Of a DNA stretch of 64,000 nt, positions 59,542 through 64,000 are shown in pieces. How positions within the stretch are numbered: the first letter of the stretch is position 1; each line of letters starts with the position of its first letter. The position numbers were made by a program, and so were the translations under genes. This DNA is from an uncultured Chloroflexia bacterium (GTDB lineage: Bacteria; Chloroflexota; Limnocylindria; Limnocylindrales; CSP1-4): contig CAVWSU010000018.1 in NCBI GenBank assembly GCA_963757865.1, positions 43,644 through 107,643 on the forward strand, in the 5' to 3' direction. Under the pieces are notes generated by a model. It saw only the letters and a program-made list of their open reading frames with translations, made no database searches and was not told where the DNA came from.

Positions 59542-60512
59542 GCCCGAGCCTCCTCTTCGAGCCGGACGATCGCGTCGCACATCCGCGCGACACGGGCGTT
59601 CGGCAGCACGTCGTGCACGCGCACGATGTCCACCCCGGCGGCGATCCCCAGCGCCGTCGTGGCCAGTGTTCCCTCGAGCCGCTCGTCCGGCGGAAGCCCG
59701 CCGAGCACGCGGCCGATCGTCGACTTGCGACTGGTCCCCAGCAGGACCGGACGTCCCAGCGCGGAGAGATCCGCCAGGTTGTGCAGCAGGACCAGGTTGT
59801 GTTCCATCGTCTTGCCGAAGCCGATGCCAGGGTCCACGACGATCGATTCCCATGGCACGCCGGCGGCCATGGCGCGGTCCATGCCGCGCTGCAGGTCCGC
59901 GACCACTTCGCGGACGACGTCGACGTACCGTGCCTCGTCGCGGTTGTGCATCAGCACGTACGCCGCCCCGCGTTCGGCGGCGAGGCGGGGCAGCGCGTCG
60001 GACGGTGCCGTGCCCCAGACGTCGTTGATGCAGTCCGCGCCCGCGTCGAGCGCGGCGGCGGCGACGGCCGGTTTCGTGGTGTCCACGCTGATCGGGGTTT
60101 CGGGCAGCGCGGCGCGGATCGCGCGGATGACCGGCACCACGCGGGCGATCTCCTCCGCCTCGTCGACGGGCACGTGGCCCGGCCGCGTGGATTCTCCGCC
60201 GACGTCGAGGATGTCGGCGCCGTCGTCCACCATGCGACGTGCCCTGGCGACGGCGCGTTCGACGGCCTCGCCGGCGCCTGGGGCCCCGGACGTGGCGGGG
60301 ACGGCACGTTCGACTGCTTCGCCTGCGCCGGGCGCGGAACCGGCAGACCCGGGCGCGGCACCGGCTGCCCCGGGCGCGCCGCCGCCCCGGAGGAGGCCGT
60401 CGCCGCTGAACGAGTCCGGCGTCACGTTCACGATCCCCATGACGTAGGTCCGCGCTCCCCACGCGAACGTCACGGGACCGATCCGCGTCGCACCTCGGGC
60501 CGACGTCCTCAT
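59538..60512 (-). CDS. folP: Dihydropteroate synthase with an unusual Gly/Ala-rich repeat insertion
   Basis: 'VMGIVNVTPDSFSGDG', 'DILDVGGESTRPG', 'SVDTTKP', 'INDVWG'. About 50 extra residues after 'GDGL', with 'APGAGEAVERAV' duplicated. Confidence 0.85.
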   Translation of the reverse strand: MRTSARGATRIGPVTFAWGARTYVMGIVNVTPDSFSGDGLLRGGGAPGAAGAAPGSAGSAPGAGEAVERAVPATSGAPGAGEAVERAVARARRMVDDGADILDVGGESTRPGHVPVDEAEEIARVVPVIRAIRAALPETPISVDTTKPAVAAAALDAGADCINDVWGTAPSDALPRLAAERGAAYVLMHNRDEARYVDVVREVVADLQRGMDRAMAAGVPWESIVVDPGIGFGKTMEHNLVLLHNLADLSALGRPVLLGTSRKSTIGRVLGGLPPDERLEGTLATTALGIAAGVDIVRVHDVLPNARVARMCDAIVRLEEEARA

Positions 60513-61954
60513 CGCACCAGCCCCCGTGCCACCAGGACGCCTCGTACGGCGCCCACGAGGTGGAGCGAGCCCGCCACGACGAGCAGGCCGCCAGCGCGCG
60601 CGGCGGCCCGCAGTGCGGCGTCGAAGGCCTCGGCCGGGCTGCCCGATTCGGCGTCCACGGGCGCCATCTTCCCCGGCTGCGGCGCGGCCAGACCGCTCGG
60701 AGGCACGCCGACGTTCCGGCGCGACGTGACGAACCGCGCCGCCAGCTCCGCCGCCTCGATGCCCCGCCCACCGACACGGACGGTGACGACGCGGGCCGCG
60801 TCAAGGACAGGGCTGGAGACGAGCAGGTGCAGCATCGTGTCGACGTCCTTGTCGCGCATGATTCCGAGCAGCACGGTGACCGGGCCACCGGCCAGGCAGG
60901 GCCGCAGCTCGCCGAGCGCGGACAGCAGCGCGCGGATGCCGTCGGGGTTGTGGGCGCCATCCAGCAGCACGTCGACCGGAGCCGCATCGCTCGACACCGG
61001 CACCTGCACCAGCTCGAGCCGCCCGGGCCAGCGCGCGCGTTCGAGGCCTTCACGCCGTGCCGTGGCGGAAACGGCGGCGATGCCGGCCTCCTCGAGAGCG
61101 TCCACGATGCCCAGTGCCACGGCGGCGTTCGCGGCCTGGTGCCGCCCGAGGAGCCCGAGGCACACGCTGCCGATCCCGGGAACCTCGACCAGGAGGCCAT
61201 CGCGATCCATCCCGAGCACCGCCAGCGGCACCGTCTCGGTGAGAGGCACCCCCAGGCGGCGCGCCCGGCGCCGCACGACCGCCAGCGCGTCCCCCGTGGC
61301 TCCGGTCACGGCCCTGTCGCCCAGCTTGACGATTGCCGCCTTCTCGCGAGCGATCAGCGGGATGGTGCCGCCCAGGATCTCCGCGTGGTCCATGGCGACG
61401 TTCGTGACTGCCGCGACACCTCCGTCCCACGCGTTGGTGGCGTCGAGCCGGCCGCCCAGCCCGACCTCGACCACGGCGAGATCCACGCCTCGCTCGGCGA
61501 ACCAGGCGAACGCGGCCGCCGTGACCAGCTCGAACTCCGTGGCCGGCCCGAGGCGGCGGGGCAGCTCGTCACTCGCGGACAGGACGCGGGCCACGAGCGC
61601 GGCGAAGTCGTCGGCCGCGATCGGCTCGCCGTCGACAACGATCCGCTCCCGGTACTCCACGAGGTGCGGCTTCGGCGCCTGACCGACGCGCAGGCCGGCG
61701 GCGGCCAGCATGGCCGAGACGAGCGCCTGGGCGCTCCCCTTGCCGTTGGTGCCGGCGATGAGCGCGCCGCGGATCCGGGCCTGAGGCTGCCCCAGTTCCT
61801 CGAGCAGGGCCCGCGTGCGTCCCAGGCCGAGCCGGATCCCGAACCGGCCGCGCGCGGCGAGGGCGTCGACGGCGACCGGATACGTCAGCGCGACCCCCGG
61901 GGGGACGGTCGAACGCGACGCGAGTGCCAGAGGCGCGCGGTCCGGGAGGGGCAC
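60509..61954 (-). CDS. folC: Folylpolyglutamate synthase / dihydrofolate synthase (Mur-ligase family)
   Basis: P-loop 'GTNGKGS' and Mur-ligase middle/C-terminal domains. GTG start 1 nt after the upstream stop. Confidence 0.85.
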   Translation of the reverse strand: MPLPDRAPLALASRSTVPPGVALTYPVAVDALAARGRFGIRLGLGRTRALLEELGQPQARIRGALIAGTNGKGSAQALVSAMLAAAGLRVGQAPKPHLVEYRERIVVDGEPIAADDFAALVARVLSASDELPRRLGPATEFELVTAAAFAWFAERGVDLAVVEVGLGGRLDATNAWDGGVAAVTNVAMDHAEILGGTIPLIAREKAAIVKLGDRAVTGATGDALAVVRRRARRLGVPLTETVPLAVLGMDRDGLLVEVPGIGSVCLGLLGRHQAANAAVALGIVDALEEAGIAAVSATARREGLERARWPGRLELVQVPVSSDAAPVDVLLDGAHNPDGIRALLSALGELRPCLAGGPVTVLLGIMRDKDVDTMLHLLVSSPVLDAARVVTVRVGGRGIEAAELAARFVTSRRNVGVPPSGLAAPQPGKMAPVDAESGSPAEAFDAALRAAARAGGLLVVAGSLHLVGAVRGVLVARGLVR

Positions 61955-61955
61955 G

Positions 61956-62381
61956 TCAATCCCCGCGGGTCAGCTCGTCCTCGTAGAAGACGCACTGGTT
62001 GAACCGGGCGGCAAGGCAGACGTCCGCGACATACCCCTGTTCGAGGTGGACGCCCCCGCGCAGCTGACACCTCGAGACCGTCGTGTCCTGCCTGGACAGG
62101 GCCTTGAGGAGATGCGGCGCATGCACGGGCAGCGCACCGCGGGTCCCGGTCATGTAGAAGTGCGGGCAGACGTTCCGGCGCAGGTTGGCGAATCCCAGCG
62201 GGCGCCGCTCACCCGGGAGCGACGCCCGGCCGGGCAGCGCTCCGGAGCCGCCGGCGGTGGCGCCGACCATGACGCGGGCCCGGGGACGTGCACCCGGCGA
62301 GGCCATCGAGGCCGTCGAAGGTGCAGGCGATTCGGATCGTCTCACCAGCGATGGCGCAGGCCTGCGCGCCGGACGTTCCAC
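61956..62381 (-). CDS. Hypothetical small Cys/His-containing protein upstream of folC
   Basis: GC3 in this frame is ~90%, against ~65% for the overlapping plus-strand ORF. '..VCPHFYMTGTRG..RCQLRGG..CLAARFNQC..'. Start uncertain (M38 would give ~103 aa). Confidence 0.4.
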   Translation of the reverse strand: MERPARRPAPSLVRRSESPAPSTASMASPGARPRARVMVGATAGGSGALPGRASLPGERRPLGFANLRRNVCPHFYMTGTRGALPVHAPHLLKALSRQDTTVSRCQLRGGVHLEQGYVADVCLAARFNQCVFYEDELTRGD

Positions 62382-62549
62382 TTCCTCTCCTGGCTGGGCT
62401 CGGGCCAGACCCCTGCCTTGACGCTAGCGTACACCAGTACTGGTCCACCCATGGCTGCTTCGTACGGGACTGGGCCTCGCGCCGCCACCTTCCGGATGTG
62501 GTCAATCCCGGTGAGGACCGCAGGTCCATGGCGTGCGAGAATCCTCCCG

Positions 62550-63734
62550 ATGGCCGATCGATCGAACCGGGACAGACCGCTCGCGCCCCAGCCGCGGCGC
62601 ACGCGGCCCCCGGTGACGCGCCGGCCCCCCGTCACCGGCAGATACCGGTCTCCGTCTCCGCCATCCGCGCGACGGGCACCCGGCGAGGGAGCCGGACTTC
62701 CGTGGCCGGCCCGGCTGGTCCTCGTCGTCGCGATCCTGGCCCTCGGTGGATCGGTGCTGCTGGTGGCCTCGGGCATGCTGGGGTCGGCGGTGACGGGCTT
62801 CGGCCAGACGATCCAGAACGTGTTCGGGGCCGTGACGGGTCCGGGCGCGTCGCCGAGCGCGACGGTCGCGGTCCGCCCGGCCGCCCCCCACCTCGTGACG
62901 CCCACGAACGATTACACGAACCACCCCGCCTGGGACGTGAGCGGGTTCGCGCCGTCGGCCGAGGTGGGGACGGGCTACTCCGTGCGCGTCTACGTCAACG
63001 GGAAGGTGGCCGGCGAGCAGCAGCTCGGGCCGACGGCCGATTTCACGGTCCCCGCCGTCACCATACCCAGCGGCCGGTCCAGCATCACGGCGACGATCGT
63101 GGGTCCGGGCGGCGAGAGCGATCAGAGCACGCCGATCAGCGTCGTGTTCGACGCCGTGCCGCCGGCGGTCCTGCTGTCGGGGCCGACGGACGGGGCCGTC
63201 GTCAACGGCGGGACCGTGACGGTGGCGGGCCGGACGCAGACTGGCTCCACGGTCGTCATCCGCAACGACAACACGCGGAAGACCAGCACGGCGGTGGCCA
63301 CGAACGCCCTGTTCTCGATCCCGGTCGCACTCGGTCCGGGCACGAACACGCTCACGGTGACGGCGACCGACCCGGCCGGAAACACGACCACCAAGACGCT
63401 GAAGGTGATCGGCGGCAGCGGGCAGACGACGGTCGGCCTCCGCCTCTCGAACTCCCGGCTCGCGCTGACCGGCCTGCCCAGGCAGATCACGATGTACGTG
63501 ACGGTCCTCGACCCGGACGGCGCCCCCGTCGACGGTGCCCAGGTCGCATTCACCCTGCAGGTCAACGGCCTCGCGCCGGTGACGTTCGAGGCGCTGACTG
63601 CCAGCGGGCAGGCGTCCTGGTCGACGACGATCCCGAAGGACGGGGTGGTGACCGGCAACAGCCTGGTCACCGTGCTCGTCACGCTGCCGGACGGCAAGCA
63701 GCTCACGAAGACCGCGTCGTTCCTGATCAACTGA
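62550..63734 (+). CDS. Membrane-anchored surface protein with bacterial Ig-like domains
   Basis: N-terminal TM 'LVLVVAILALGGSVLLVASG', then T/V/G-rich beta-strand repeats ('GGTVTVAGRTQ', 'TNTLTVTATD'). Confidence 0.5.
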   Translation: MADRSNRDRPLAPQPRRTRPPVTRRPPVTGRYRSPSPPSARRAPGEGAGLPWPARLVLVVAILALGGSVLLVASGMLGSAVTGFGQTIQNVFGAVTGPGASPSATVAVRPAAPHLVTPTNDYTNHPAWDVSGFAPSAEVGTGYSVRVYVNGKVAGEQQLGPTADFTVPAVTIPSGRSSITATIVGPGGESDQSTPISVVFDAVPPAVLLSGPTDGAVVNGGTVTVAGRTQTGSTVVIRNDNTRKTSTAVATNALFSIPVALGPGTNTLTVTATDPAGNTTTKTLKVIGGSGQTTVGLRLSNSRLALTGLPRQITMYVTVLDPDGAPVDGAQVAFTLQVNGLAPVTFEALTASGQASWSTTIPKDGVVTGNSLVTVLVTLPDGKQLTKTASFLIN

Positions 63735-63891
63735 CCGGCGCCCTCCCGGGGCCGGATCCGTGGCAGTGCTGCGGCGACAGGGTCGTCCACGGCGCCGCTG
63801 CGGCCAGCATCGGCGCAGCTGCGGCCACGACCTCATCCGCGGCGCCGTCCGTCGATCGCCTCGGCCCAGGCCGCTCGTGACATCCGGACCG

Positions 63892-64000
63892 TCAGAGGCC
63901 GGCGGCGGGGCTCCCCAATCCGAACAGACCGTCGGGTTCGACGTCACCCGACACCCAGCAGGCGCGCAGCTCGTCGCCCCGCAATGGCGCGCGCCGCACG
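63892..64000 (-). CDS. 3' end of an unidentified gene running off the window
   Basis: High-GC3 frame '..RGDELRACWVSGDVEPDGLFGLGSPAAGL*'. Confidence 0.3.
   Translation of the reverse strand, partial: VRRAPLRGDELRACWVSGDVEPDGLFGLGSPAAGL

Noticed and set aside
61815-62549. N-terminal 245 aa of the plus-strand ORF 61815..63734 as a coding sequence
   Set aside because: Third-position GC over a 60-nt sample is ~65% in this frame, against ~90% for the opposing minus-strand frame (61956..62381). The Ig-like gene therefore most likely starts near 62550.

Overview
Roughly 70% GC chromosome segment with actinobacterial-style signals: F420-dependent LLM and PPOX enzymes, LigD-type polymerase and ligase parts, an MprAB/PepD-like response-regulator/kinase/HtrA triad, and frequent GTG/TTG starts with 4-nt stop/start overlaps. 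Most of the window is a patchwork of catabolic operons. In order: (1) ygeX-like PLP enzyme, ssnA and ygfK. (2) A ~2.1-kb insert bounded by an inverted 46-nt tRNA-Thr 3' fragment and an intact tRNA-Thr(CGT). It carries a complete three-gene hipB-hipS-hipT toxin-antitoxin operon with two N8-spaced operators. (3) An AbiEii-like nucleotidyltransferase plus a wHTH partner, a MacB-type ABC exporter, a membrane GGDEF cyclase, and an SsuABC-like importer with an isochorismatase. (4) A GntR regulator between a proline-dipeptide-like operon (M24 peptidase, MR/MLE enolase, frameshifted opine dehydrogenase) and a 7-kb operon (split TPP decarboxylase, OCD, tautomerase, VOC, CoxM-G-S-L-type Mo-hydroxylase). 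(5) A second, convergent Mo-hydroxylase set (M-S-L, large subunit frameshifted) with an M20 peptidase. (6) A second GntR plus an operon of alpha/beta hydrolase, cyclic amidohydrolase, two F420 LLM enzymes, a bicupin and a TRIP13/Pch2-like AAA ATPase. (7) A second SsuABC-like importer (binding protein frameshifted), a PhtD-like decarboxylase and an F420 PPOX. (8) A standalone LigD polymerase domain; an operon of ligC, a Zn-ribbon protein, sco1 and a CopC-CopD::Vgb-like beta-propeller fusion (apparently frameshifted, with a 3x60-bp coding tandem repeat); rplY; a response-regulator/kinase/htrA triad; and folC-folP-folB with a repeat insertion in folP. Four single-base frameshifts fall in G/C runs. 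No CRISPR array, rRNA or integrase was seen.
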